Assembly (NCBI GenBank): GCA_934636245.1
Contig: CAKUAI010000004.1
Location: forward strand, 131,923-195,922
Source: an uncultured Coriobacteriales bacterium
Lineage (GTDB): Bacteria > Actinomycetota > Coriobacteriia > Coriobacteriales > UMGS124
Reading direction: 5' to 3'
Length of the DNA: 64,000 nucleotides
Shown: in pieces, positions 8,519-16,945 of the stretch
How positions within the stretch are numbered: position 1 is the stretch's first letter
How the letters are laid out: every line of letters begins with the position of its first letter
Made by a program: the position numbers and the translations under genes
The notes under the pieces: generated by a model
What the model was told of the DNA's origin: nothing
The model's database searches: none
Seen by the model: the letters and a program-made list of their open reading frames with translations, nothing else

Positions 8519-8827
8519 ATGACGAGGGAAGAGTCGTACAGGTGCGTCCAAAGGCGCGATTCCATGATTTGCATTGCGTTCTTCTGCATCATTGTGCTCG
8601 GCGTTGCTCTGACGATGCCGTTTGTTGCCCAAGGGCAGACGTCGCATGTCGAGCAGTCCAGTCAGTTTGTGTGCGTGCAGGCCGGTGACACGCTGTGGTC
8701 TATTGGCTCCGAATACTGCGGACAAGGACTCTCTGTGGCCGAGAGCGTGCATTGGATCGTTGACCACAACGACCTTTCGTCAAGCCTTATCGTGCCGGGT
8801 CAAATTATCGAAGTTCCGTCTTTCTGA
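8519..8827 (+). CDS. Small membrane-anchored LysM-domain protein (ChiZ-like position)
   Basis: GGAAAGGGG RBS. Short basic N-terminus, one TM helix (ICIAFFCIIVLGVAL), and a C-terminal LysM domain (VCVQAGDTLWSIGSEY...HNDLSSSLIVPGQIIEVP). It lies between lexA and nrdR, as in other Actinobacteria. Confidence 0.8.
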   Translation: MTREESYRCVQRRDSMICIAFFCIIVLGVALTMPFVAQGQTSHVEQSSQFVCVQAGDTLWSIGSEYCGQGLSVAESVHWIVDHNDLSSSLIVPGQIIEVPSF

Positions 8828-8891
8828 GGTGATGCGAAGCCGTACGATGGGCTATGCTTAGCGTGTGCGAAAAGCGAGGGGAGACACACGG

Positions 8892-9359
8892 ATGCGTTGC
8901 CCAAAATGCGGCTTTGAAGACTCGAAGGTCATTGACTCACGTTCGTATGAGTCGGGTTTTGCCATACGTCGACGCCGCGAGTGTCTGAACCCCGCATGCG
9001 GTGAGCGCTTCACAACTTATGAGCGCCGTGAGGAAACTCCCATCCAGGTTGCCAAGCGCGACGGCACGCTTGAGCCGTTTGATCGCACCAAGCTGCGCGC
9101 CAGCCTTACCAAGGCAACCATCAAGCGCTCGATTTCCAATGAGGTTCTCGACAACCTTGTAAGCGACATCGTGAGCGAGCTGCGCAACAACATGACCACG
9201 GTGGTCGCATCCAACGACTTGGGCGACATGGTGCTCAAGCGCCTTCTCAAGCTTGACACGGTTGCTTACGTGCGCTTTGCCTCTGTATACAAGGACTTCC
9301 AAGACATTGAGAGCTTCTACAACGAGCTCACTCAAATCCAAAATCTCAAGGACTCGTAA
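8892..9359 (+). CDS. nrdR: Transcriptional repressor NrdR
   Basis: The start is re-called to the ATG at 8892 (MRCPKCGFEDSKVIDSR), with GAGGGGAG upstream. Zinc ribbon CPKC...CLNPACGERFTTYE plus an ATP-cone. Confidence 0.93.
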   Translation: MRCPKCGFEDSKVIDSRSYESGFAIRRRRECLNPACGERFTTYERREETPIQVAKRDGTLEPFDRTKLRASLTKATIKRSISNEVLDNLVSDIVSELRNNMTTVVASNDLGDMVLKRLLKLDTVAYVRFASVYKDFQDIESFYNELTQIQNLKDS

Positions 9360-9643
9360 GCTTTTATAACTCCCCCATAATATGTCTTATGTAATCCTGA
9401 ATAGATGAACATATGAACATGCCTTCATATTTGAGTTGGGCTTTTGCGACTGTCTGATGAAGTTGATTCTCATTGGTCAACAGGGTTTTGGTTACTAAAA
9501 CGCCCGTGACATTCCTGACTTTGTTGCACTCTGGGAATCGACGACTGACTGATAAACTTGCGTAGCTTTACATTTTGACTGATAAAGCTTGCACGGCATT
9601 CTGTTAGGTACCCGACAGGGTTTCTTGTTTGCAGCTACAAAAC

Positions 9644-9682
9644 AGCGCCCCGTTCCTCGGTGATTTCCAGGAACGGGGCGCT
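9644..9682 (-). terminator. Intrinsic terminator downstream of iorB
   Basis: Perfect 13-bp stem AGCGCCCCGTTCC (9644-9656) / GGAACGGGGCGCT (9670-9682) with a 13-nt loop. On the minus strand it is followed by GTTTTGTAG, and on the plus strand by ATGGTTTTG. Confidence 0.6.
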
Positions 9683-9729
9683 ATGGTTTTGCGGCAATGC
9701 TGTTGTGTGCGGGACAGGCTGGCTCGCGC

Positions 9730-10341
9730 TTACTTCTCCTGAGCCAGTGCGAAGGCCTTCAGGTTGGCCTCGAGGGTCTTGGGGGGAACGCGGTTTTCGA
9801 TGGCCTTGTGCCAGGCCTCTTCCTCGATGGGCAGGTACGAGGCTGCGCAGCCCAGAAGCGCCACGTTGGAGCACTTGCGGTTGCCGGCTTCCTCAGCGAG
9901 CTCCTCGGCGTCAAAGAGCGTCACGTCGTCGGCACCGTAGGCCTTAAGCGTGTCGTCGATGTTTTCAGGCATCGTGGCCAGGCCGCTTAGCACGGGCATG
10001 GGGACGATCTGGGTGTCGTTGACGATGACGTGGCCGCCCGGCTTGAGGAACTCGAGGTTGCGCAGGGCCTCCATCGTCTCAAACGAGATGAGCAGGTCGG
10101 CGCAGTCCGAGTCGCACACCATTGTGGATACGTTCTCACCGAAGCGCACCGTCGTGGAGACGGAGCCACCGCGCTGGGCCATGCCGTGAATCTCGGAGAC
10201 CTTCACGTCGTAGCCGGAGAACATGGCGGCACCGGCAAGCAGATGAGCTGCGGTGATGGCACCCTGGCCACCCACGCCGCACAGCACGACCGTGATGGGT
10301 TTCGTGGGAAAATCGGGATAGAGCGATGCGTTGTTCGTCAT
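9730..10341 (-). CDS. iorB: Indolepyruvate:ferredoxin oxidoreductase subunit beta
   Basis: GAGGAG RBS. Typical IorB N-terminus VVLCGVGGQGAITAAHLLA...VKVSEIHGMAQRGGSV. It lies 6 nt downstream of iorA. Confidence 0.88.
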   Translation of the reverse strand: MTNNASLYPDFPTKPITVVLCGVGGQGAITAAHLLAGAAMFSGYDVKVSEIHGMAQRGGSVSTTVRFGENVSTMVCDSDCADLLISFETMEALRNLEFLKPGGHVIVNDTQIVPMPVLSGLATMPENIDDTLKAYGADDVTLFDAEELAEEAGNRKCSNVALLGCAASYLPIEEEAWHKAIENRVPPKTLEANLKAFALAQEK

Positions 10342-10347
10342 AAGGTC

Positions 10348-12129
10348 CTACTCCTCGGTCGAGATTGCACCGAAGGCGCAATATTGTTCGCACTGCGAGC
10401 AGCCGTTGCACTGCTTTGCGTCAATCACGGCGCGACCGGCGGCATCGCGGCTAATGGCAGGGCAACCGATGCGCACGCAGGCGCCGCAGCCTCTGCAGGC
10501 GTCCTCGTTCACCACACGCTTGGTGCCGCGGACCTTGTACTCCACGACGCAGGGCGACCGGCAGATGACGACAGAGAGCATGTCGGTGTGGGAGGTGGCA
10601 AGCTTGAGAGCGGCGCGGACTTCCTTCACGTCGAGGGCGTTGGCCTGGATGACCTCGTCGACGCCGCATGCCTTAAGGACGCTCGGCAGGTCGAGCTCGC
10701 GCGAAGGCCTCCCCTGCAGTGTGATGCCGCTCACGGGGTTGCCCTGGCCGCCCGTCATGGCGGTAGTGCGGTTGTCGAGGATCACGACGTTGCCGCAGCC
10801 GGCGTTGTACACGGCCGAGATGACGCCTGACAGGCCCGAGTGGGCAAACGTGGAGTCACCGATGACCGAGAAGACGGGGCGTGCTCCCCCGGCAACCTGC
10901 TCGCAGCCACGCTCCTTCTCCAGGGCGCGGGCGACTTCGAAGCCGTGGCCCATGGACACTGAGGCGCCCATGTCGATGGCCGACTCGAGCGTGGCGAGCG
11001 GCGGCAAAGCGCCGAGCGTGTAGCAGCCGATGTCGCCCAAAACGATGGCGCGCATGCGCTTGAGCTCGAAGAACGGCACACGGTGAGGGCAGCCGGCGCA
11101 CAGTGCCGGAGGACGGCCGGGCAGGTTTGCCTCGCAGGCGAGCTCGCAGGCCTTCTCGTTGCGGGCAACCTCAAGGCCCAGGGCGCGGCGGATGATGGCG
11201 GGCGAGAGCTCGAAGGCGCACGGCAGCGGACTTGCCCACTCGGCAGGCACGTGACCCATGGCGCGGATGGCCTTCTCGTAGTAGTCGCAGGCCTCCTCAA
11301 CCACGTATACCTTGTCCACCGCGCCAAAGAACTCGGCGATCTTGCGTGCGGGCAGCGGGTAGGAGATGCCGAGCTTGAGGGTCGACGCCTCGGGCACGGC
11401 CTCACGAACGTGCTGGTAGGCAGCACCGGAGCAGATGAAACCAATGGTGGTGTCGCGCAGCTCGATCTTGTTGAGCGGGCTCGTCTCGGCGTACTCGGTG
11501 AGCTTTGCCACGCGCTCGTCGGCGACCAGGCGCTTGGGACGGGCATTGGCCGGCATCATGACCCAGTCCTTGATGCTCGTCTCAAAGGCGATGGGCTCGC
11601 AAGTCTGGCGCTCCCCCACCTCGACGGGTGTGCGCGTGTGCGAGATGCGTACGGTGGAGCGCACCATGCAAATGGTGGAGAACTCCTCGGAGAGCCTGAA
11701 GGCCTCCTTGGTCATCTCGAGAGCCTCGGCAGAGTCGGCAGGCTCGAACATGGGAACGCGGGCAAATGCGGCGTAGTTGCGGCTGTCCTGCTCGTTCTGC
11801 GAAGAGAACATGCCGGGGTCGTCAGCTGCGAGCAGCACCAGGCCGCCGCGCACGCCCGAGTAGGCAAGCGACATGAGCGGGTCGGCAGCAACGTTGACGC
11901 CGACGTGCTTCATCGTCACGAGCGCGCGGTGCCCTGCCATGGAGAAGCCCAGGGCGTTCTCAAGGGCGACCTTTTCGTTGATGGCCCACTCCGCATAGAC
12001 GTCGTCGAGCTTGGCGAACGTCTCGAGCGTCTCGGTCGAAGGGGTGCCCGGATAGCCGAAACCGGCGTCACAGCCGGCTTCCCATGCTCCCCTGGCTATA
12101 GCCTCATTGCCGCTGAGCAGCTGTTTCAT
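10348..12129 (-). CDS. iorA: Indolepyruvate:ferredoxin oxidoreductase subunit alpha
   Basis: 593 aa. N-terminus MKQLLSGNEAIARGAWEAG...GYPGTPSTE, a TPP-binding region (VIGDSTFAHSG), and a C-terminal 2x[4Fe-4S] region (CRGCGACVRIGCP...CNGCSQCEQYC). Confidence 0.9.
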   Translation of the reverse strand: MKQLLSGNEAIARGAWEAGCDAGFGYPGTPSTETLETFAKLDDVYAEWAINEKVALENALGFSMAGHRALVTMKHVGVNVAADPLMSLAYSGVRGGLVLLAADDPGMFSSQNEQDSRNYAAFARVPMFEPADSAEALEMTKEAFRLSEEFSTICMVRSTVRISHTRTPVEVGERQTCEPIAFETSIKDWVMMPANARPKRLVADERVAKLTEYAETSPLNKIELRDTTIGFICSGAAYQHVREAVPEASTLKLGISYPLPARKIAEFFGAVDKVYVVEEACDYYEKAIRAMGHVPAEWASPLPCAFELSPAIIRRALGLEVARNEKACELACEANLPGRPPALCAGCPHRVPFFELKRMRAIVLGDIGCYTLGALPPLATLESAIDMGASVSMGHGFEVARALEKERGCEQVAGGARPVFSVIGDSTFAHSGLSGVISAVYNAGCGNVVILDNRTTAMTGGQGNPVSGITLQGRPSRELDLPSVLKACGVDEVIQANALDVKEVRAALKLATSHTDMLSVVICRSPCVVEYKVRGTKRVVNEDACRGCGACVRIGCPAISRDAAGRAVIDAKQCNGCSQCEQYCAFGAISTEE

Positions 12130-12160
12130 CGTGTCCTCTCAATCCCTGGGTCTTTGGAAC

Positions 12161-13360
12161 TTATATCGGCGAGCCTCCGCCGATGAAGTCGGTGATGGTG
12201 TCGAATCGGATGAAAAGGCCTGGTGAGGGTGCATCAATCATCTGGCCGTTGCCGATGTAGATGCCCACGTGACCGTCGTTGGGGAATACCAAGTCGCCCG
12301 GTTCGAGCTCGTCGATCGAGGTCTTCCAGTCGCCGGCCGCCTGGATGTCGTCGATCTGGTCCCAGGTGGTGCGGCCGATGGAGTATCCCTCAAGGGCATA
12401 GCAGTGCTGTGCGAAGCCTGAGCAGTCGTATCCGAGATATGTGGCATAGTTCGAGTCGTCGCCGCCCCACACGTAGGGCATACCCAGGCACGCGTAGGCG
12501 TTTTCCGTGACGGAACCCTGGGAGATGCCCACGTTGTACACGCCTACGGCCTCGCCCGCGTCTGCGGCGCCCGCGGCAAGGGCGCGTGCCGATGCCGCCG
12601 CCGTGAGCTGTTCCTGCTGTGCGGAGAAAAGCTGCTGCACCTGCGTGGAGAGTTGAGCCACGTAGTCGTCGGATTCTTGCTTCTGTTGAGCGAGCTGAGC
12701 CTCTTGCTCCTGCAACTGGTTGAGCAGGTTGGTCTCGGTGGCCTGTTGCTCGGTGAGCTCTTGCTGGAGTTCCTCGAGCCTGACCTTGAGGTCCTTGATC
12801 TCGTTGATCGTCTCGACCTGGGAGTTCTGTACGGCGCTTGCGTAGTACGTGCGCGTCACGAAGTCGTTGAAGTCCGACGAGGCCAAAATGACGTCGAGGA
12901 AGCTCAGGACGCCCGACTTATAGGTGATCTGCAGGTACGCGGCCAATGCGGCCTGGGCGGTCGCCAGGTCGCTTGTGGTCTGTGCAATGTCGGCCTTGGT
13001 CTGGTCGATTTGAGAGCCGATGCGCTTGAGGTCGGTCTGCGTGGAGTGGATGAGACCTTGTGTCTGCTCGAGCTGCGCACCGATCTCCTGCAACTTTGCC
13101 TGAGCTTCATCAAACTGCTGCTGAGCGGCGATGAGCTCGTTGGTGGAAGTCGGCGTGGCGGTCGCAGCCTGGGCTTCTTGTGCCGATGTGTCCTGCTCGC
13201 CGGTGCCTTCGACAGTGTCTTCGACCGAGTCGGTCTGCTGGGCACCGGCATCGTCTGCGGGTTCGTCGACCGTGTCGGCCAGGGCAACAGGGACGCTGAG
13301 CGCAAGCGTGAGCGCGCCGAGCGCAATGAGCTTTCGTGCATGCATGCCGTTGGTTTCCAT
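12161..13360 (-). CDS. Secreted coiled-coil NlpC/P60 peptidoglycan endopeptidase, paralog 1 (CwlO/RipC-like architecture)
   Basis: GGGGAGG RBS. Signal peptide (KLIALGALTLALSVPVALA), a long Q/E/L-rich coiled coil with an SDFNDFVTRTYY motif, and a C-terminal NlpC/P60 domain (YVWGG...DCSGFAQHC...DGHVGIYIG). Confidence 0.85.
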   Translation of the reverse strand: METNGMHARKLIALGALTLALSVPVALADTVDEPADDAGAQQTDSVEDTVEGTGEQDTSAQEAQAATATPTSTNELIAAQQQFDEAQAKLQEIGAQLEQTQGLIHSTQTDLKRIGSQIDQTKADIAQTTSDLATAQAALAAYLQITYKSGVLSFLDVILASSDFNDFVTRTYYASAVQNSQVETINEIKDLKVRLEELQQELTEQQATETNLLNQLQEQEAQLAQQKQESDDYVAQLSTQVQQLFSAQQEQLTAAASARALAAGAADAGEAVGVYNVGISQGSVTENAYACLGMPYVWGGDDSNYATYLGYDCSGFAQHCYALEGYSIGRTTWDQIDDIQAAGDWKTSIDELEPGDLVFPNDGHVGIYIGNGQMIDAPSPGLFIRFDTITDFIGGGSPI

Positions 13361-13415
13361 ATCGACCTCCCCTGCTGCGCTTGCCTGTTACATCAACCTG
13401 ACTATGGTACGCCTC

Positions 13416-14726
13416 TTAGACCGGGCAACCGCCGAAACAATCGCTGAACCAGCATGAACGGTACTGAACGACCTGGCCTTCGTACGGCGCGTCGATGAGG
13501 CAGCCGCCGCCTTGGTAGATTCCCACGTGACCGGAGTGCGGGAAGATGAGGTCGCCGGCCTCGAGCTGGCTCATGGAGTAGACCATCTGACCGCAGGCAG
13601 AGATGTCGGCTGCCTGGGAGTAGGTGTCGCGGCCGATGGAATAGCCAGCCTGGGCGTAGCAGTACTGCGTGAGACCCGAGCAGTCAAAGCCGGAAGGATC
13701 GGTGCCGCCCCACACGTAGGGCACGCCGCAGTAGTTCCAGGCGATGCTGGCAACCGAGTAGATGTGGTTGCCCGAGCCGCCGGAAGAACCGCCGCCGTTG
13801 CCAGAGTCACCACTCGAGGAGCCGCCACCGTTGCCGGAGTCGCCGCCGGAAGAACCGCCGCCGTTGCCAGAGTCGCCGCCCGAGGAGCCGCCACTGTTGT
13901 CGGGTGTGCTAGAGCCGTTGTCTGTGGAGCCGCCGTTTCCACCGTTGTCAGGCGTGGTGCCGCCGTTTCCACCGTTGTCAGGCGTGGTGCCGCCGTTGGA
14001 ACCCGCGGCCTCTTGGGCGGCGCGCTCGGCCGCAGCGCGCTGCTCGGCTATGGTCTCCTGCTGGGCCTGGGCGATGAGCGCGGTGACTTCCGAGCTCAAG
14101 CTGGCCGTGTAACTGCTGTAATAGCTCTCGGTGCTGGCAAGCTGGTCAGTATAGTCCTGCTGGTCGGCAAGCAGCTGCTCCTGTGTGGTGCGCTGCTGCT
14201 GAAGCTCAGCTTCTTCTGCCTCGAGTTCGGCCTTGAGCGTCTTGACGTTGTTGATGGCCTCGGTGTCGGCATCGTTGACCTTGTTGGCGTAATACAGACG
14301 GCTTACAAAGTCCTCGAAGTCGGCCGAATCGAGAAGGACCTCGAGAAGGTTGGAGGTGCCAGCCCTGTAGCTGGCGCCAAGGCGCTCGGCGAGGACGTCC
14401 TGGGCCTCGAGCAGCTCGGCCTGCTTCTGGGCGATGGTCACCTCAAGCTCGGCGATCTGGTCGTTGGTCTGCTGCAGGTTGGCCTGGCACTCTGCCAGGT
14501 TGTACTGGGCGATCTCAAGCTGCTCGGTAATGCTCTGCAGCTCGGCCATGGCGGCCTCGTACTCCGCCTGGGCGCCCGAAAGCGCGGCGAGGGTCGCGTC
14601 GGTTGCAGCTTGGGCGGCGCGAGGGGCAAGGGCCCCGCCCGTGAGACACGCGGCACCTGCCATGACGGCAACCTTGCCGAAGTCGCGCCTTGTGAGCTGT
14701 TGTGCTTCCATATCGTTCATGACCAT
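13416..14726 (-). CDS. Secreted coiled-coil NlpC/P60 endopeptidase, paralog 2, with G/S/D/N-rich repeat linker
   Basis: Twin-arginine-like N-terminus (LTRRDFGKVAVMAGAA), coiled coil with ADFEDFVSRLYY, a roughly 75-aa linker of GGTTPDNGGN and GGSSGGDSGN units, then NlpC/P60 (YVWGG...FDCSGLTQYC...SGHVGIYQG). Confidence 0.85.
   Translation of the reverse strand: MVMNDMEAQQLTRRDFGKVAVMAGAACLTGGALAPRAAQAATDATLAALSGAQAEYEAAMAELQSITEQLEIAQYNLAECQANLQQTNDQIAELEVTIAQKQAELLEAQDVLAERLGASYRAGTSNLLEVLLDSADFEDFVSRLYYANKVNDADTEAINNVKTLKAELEAEEAELQQQRTTQEQLLADQQDYTDQLASTESYYSSYTASLSSEVTALIAQAQQETIAEQRAAAERAAQEAAGSNGGTTPDNGGNGGTTPDNGGNGGSTDNGSSTPDNSGGSSGGDSGNGGGSSGGDSGNGGGSSSGDSGNGGGSSGGSGNHIYSVASIAWNYCGVPYVWGGTDPSGFDCSGLTQYCYAQAGYSIGRDTYSQAADISACGQMVYSMSQLEAGDLIFPHSGHVGIYQGGGCLIDAPYEGQVVQYRSCWFSDCFGGCPV
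13771..14000. repeat. In-frame tandem repeats encoding the paralog-2 linker
   Basis: There is a perfect 30-bp tandem duplication: GCCGCCGTTTCCACCGTTGTCAGGCGTGGT at 13929-13958 and again at 13959-13988. Imperfect repeats of GGAAGAACCGCCGCCGTTGCCAGAGTC-type units lie upstream. Confidence 0.7.
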
Positions 14727-14774
14727 GTCACTTCCTTGTTGGTCTTAGTTCGTTGAATTGTCCACCTGAGGGGT

Positions 14775-15974
14775 TTAAAGCGGGCTGCCGCCACCGCAGA
14801 AGCCGTCGCAGAAGTACAGGGTCCTGACCTGCACGCCTCCCGAGGGGATGGAGTCGATGATATAACCGTCGCCGATGTAGAGACCCACGTGATAGATGGA
14901 GCCGCCGCGGGCATAGAAGACGAGGTCGCCTGCGACGAGGCCGTCGGCACCCACGAGGTTGCCCTTGCCTGCGACGATGCTGTACTGCACGCCCGACTGG
15001 TGGTAGAGCGAGTACCCGCAAGCTCCGTATGCGGCGCTCGTAAGGCCCGAGCAGTCAAGCGTGCCATAGGGCGTGCCGATGAGGCTGTAGGCGGCGCTCA
15101 CCACGCTGGAGTCGTGAATGCCGGTGCCGCCAGAGCCCGACCCGCCCGCGTCCGACCCGCCAGAGCCTGAGTCGCTCGAACCCGAGTCACCGGAATCCGA
15201 ACTGGAACCCGAGTCGCCCGAGCTTGACCCACCCTGTGCAGCTTGCTCCTGGCGCTGGCGCTCGGCCTCCTGCTCGGCTGCGATACGCGCGGCCTCGGCG
15301 GCTGCGGCAATCTCGGCGTCGCGCTGGGCGATGAGCGCTTGGACCTCGGAGTCGAGCGATGCGGCGTAGTCCTGCGCGGCGGCAAGGCGCACCGAGAGCT
15401 CGTCGAGTGCGGCTTCCTGCTGGGCTCGAAGGTCCTCGAGCTGGGCCTGATGCTCGTAGAGCGCCTGCTGGTCGGCCTCGAGGGACGCCTTGATGTCCTT
15501 GACCGCCTGGATGGCCTCGGCATCGGCGTCGGAAGTCTTGTTGGCGTAGTACAGGCGGCTCACAAAGTCGTCGAAGTCGGTCGCCTGCAGGAGCACGTCG
15601 ATGAGTGCGACGTTGCCTGCGCGGTAGCTTGCTGCCACGCGGTCGTACAGGATGTCCTGCGCCTGCGACAGCTCGGCCTGTTTGGCCTCGATATCGGCCT
15701 GGAGCTGGTCGATCTGGGCCTGGGTATCGTTGATTTGGTCAAGAATGTAGTTGTACTGCGCCTCGGCGTCGAAGTACTGGTCGTTGAGATAGTCAATCTG
15801 CGCAAGGGCGTTTTCATAGCGCGTCTGCGCATCAGAAAGTGCCGCCTCGGTCTCGGCAGAGGCGGAGTAATCGGCGTATGCCGGGGTATCCAGCAGGGCA
15901 CCGGTGCCGAGGATGGCCAACATCGAGAAAGCCGATGTGGCAAAGGTTCGTCTTGTGATGCCGTTCAGACTCAT
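14775..15974 (-). CDS. Secreted coiled-coil NlpC/P60 endopeptidase, paralog 3
   Basis: The start is re-called to the ATG at 15974 (MSLNGITRRTFATSAF...), with GAAGGGA upstream. Coiled coil with TDFDDFVSRLYY, an S/G/D linker (GGSSSGDSGSSSDSGDSGSSDSGSGG), then NlpC/P60 (LDCSGLTSAAY...IYHVGLYIG). Confidence 0.85.
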   Translation of the reverse strand: MSLNGITRRTFATSAFSMLAILGTGALLDTPAYADYSASAETEAALSDAQTRYENALAQIDYLNDQYFDAEAQYNYILDQINDTQAQIDQLQADIEAKQAELSQAQDILYDRVAASYRAGNVALIDVLLQATDFDDFVSRLYYANKTSDADAEAIQAVKDIKASLEADQQALYEHQAQLEDLRAQQEAALDELSVRLAAAQDYAASLDSEVQALIAQRDAEIAAAAEAARIAAEQEAERQRQEQAAQGGSSSGDSGSSSDSGDSGSSDSGSGGSDAGGSGSGGTGIHDSSVVSAAYSLIGTPYGTLDCSGLTSAAYGACGYSLYHQSGVQYSIVAGKGNLVGADGLVAGDLVFYARGGSIYHVGLYIGDGYIIDSIPSGGVQVRTLYFCDGFCGGGSPL

Positions 15975-16150
15975 GGAGCACAAATCCCTTCAATCGCTGA
16001 AGGGTTATTTTACCAAGTGCAGGCGGCACATCGACAAGGGTTGGCAATGTAGGCATAAACCCCAAGAATACTTAAAAGTGTTCAGCTTTTGAGTTTGCCT
16101 GTTTGGCCAGGGGGATTTTGCGGTTTATCTGCATACGGCTGCCGATGCCG

Positions 16151-16180
16151 AAAAAAGGGGCGGATGACCGCCCCTTTTAC
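16151..16180 (-). terminator. Intrinsic terminator downstream of the MerR-family gene
   Basis: Minus-strand stem AGGGGCGG / CCGCCCCT with a 4-nt loop, followed by TTTTTT. The plus-strand sequence is AAAAAAGGGGCGGATGACCGCCCCTTTT. Confidence 0.65.
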
Positions 16181-16215
16181 CTGGTTGCTTTAAGTTTATG
16201 TGCCCGATACGCGCG

Positions 16216-16911
16216 TTACAGCTCGGCCATGCGCTGTACAAGCGTGGAGTAGATGGCGTTGTTAAGCTCGATGAGATGTGCGAGGGTCTTGTCGGGCTGA
16301 GCGTCGGCATCCTTGCGAGCGGTGATGGCCAGACCCTGCTTGTAGAACGTCACGTCACGGTTGGCACGCTGAATGTGGCTCTTGAGGGTACGCGTGTCAA
16401 AGCCGCAACCGCCCAGCTCAAAGGCGGCCTTCACGAGTCCGAGGTCGCGGCCAGATACAGAAGGACGGCCCATGGTGTCGGCCTTGGTGTCGAGGAAACC
16501 GGCTTCAATGAGTTCGCCCACGAACGCAGCGGGAACCTTGGCTTGTGTCGCCATCTCGTCGATGGGGTGATATGCCTGGGCAAACGCGTCGTCTTTGGAC
16601 TCGGCGGGCTCCTCTGCAGCCTCTTCCGCATCAGCGCCGCCGTCAAGGATGCTCAGGTATGCATCGGGAGACGCGTCGAGCTTTTCCTTGATGACAGCCA
16701 AGGGATAGAACTGCGTCTTCTGCATCTGGAGGATGGCCTCGAGGCGCGCAATGTCGTGGTCCGAGTACATGCGGTAGCCGCTCTTGGTGCGCTGCGGCGT
16801 AACAAGGCCCTCGCTCTCCAGGAAACGCACCTTCGACACTGTGATGTCGGGATGGTTGATCTGGAGCTGTTTGACGACCTTGCCGATAGTGTACTTGGGT
16901 TCATCCGTCAT
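16216..16911 (-). CDS. MerR-family transcriptional regulator (FtsR-like position next to an FHA protein)
   Basis: N-terminal MerR HTH (YTIGKVVKQLQINHPDITVSKVRFLESEGLVTPQRTKSGYRMYSDHDIARLEAIL) and a second MerR-like half at the C-terminus. It lies 34 nt downstream of the FHA gene. Confidence 0.85.
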   Translation of the reverse strand: MTDEPKYTIGKVVKQLQINHPDITVSKVRFLESEGLVTPQRTKSGYRMYSDHDIARLEAILQMQKTQFYPLAVIKEKLDASPDAYLSILDGGADAEEAAEEPAESKDDAFAQAYHPIDEMATQAKVPAAFVGELIEAGFLDTKADTMGRPSVSGRDLGLVKAAFELGGCGFDTRTLKSHIQRANRDVTFYKQGLAITARKDADAQPDKTLAHLIELNNAIYSTLVQRMAEL

Positions 16912-16945
16912 CGCGTGTGCTCTCCCACTGGGACTCGAAGGCTGC

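Noticed and set aside
12163-12185. Hairpin ATCGGCG-N6-CGCCGAT at the 3' end of NlpC/P60 paralog 1 as a terminator separating it from iorA.
   Set aside because: On the coding (minus) strand it is followed by ATAAGTT rather than a U-tract, and it overlaps the last codons. Evidence for termination is weak, so it is not listed as a feature.
13771-14000. Repeat array that might be mistaken for a CRISPR or minisatellite locus.
   Set aside because: The repeats are contiguous with no unique spacers. They are in frame inside a well-supported NlpC/P60 gene and encode a G/S/D/N/T/P linker.
15975-16150. Possible cyclic-di-AMP (ydaO-type) riboswitch upstream of the NlpC/P60 genes, as seen before cell-wall hydrolase genes in Actinobacteria.
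   Set aside because: I could not recognise the conserved pseudo-symmetric ydaO core by eye. The best promoter candidate (extended -10 TGGTAAAAT at 16007-16015, minus strand) leaves only a ~25-nt leader containing one small hairpin (CCCTTCA-N5-TGAAGGG). An Infernal scan would be needed to exclude it formally.
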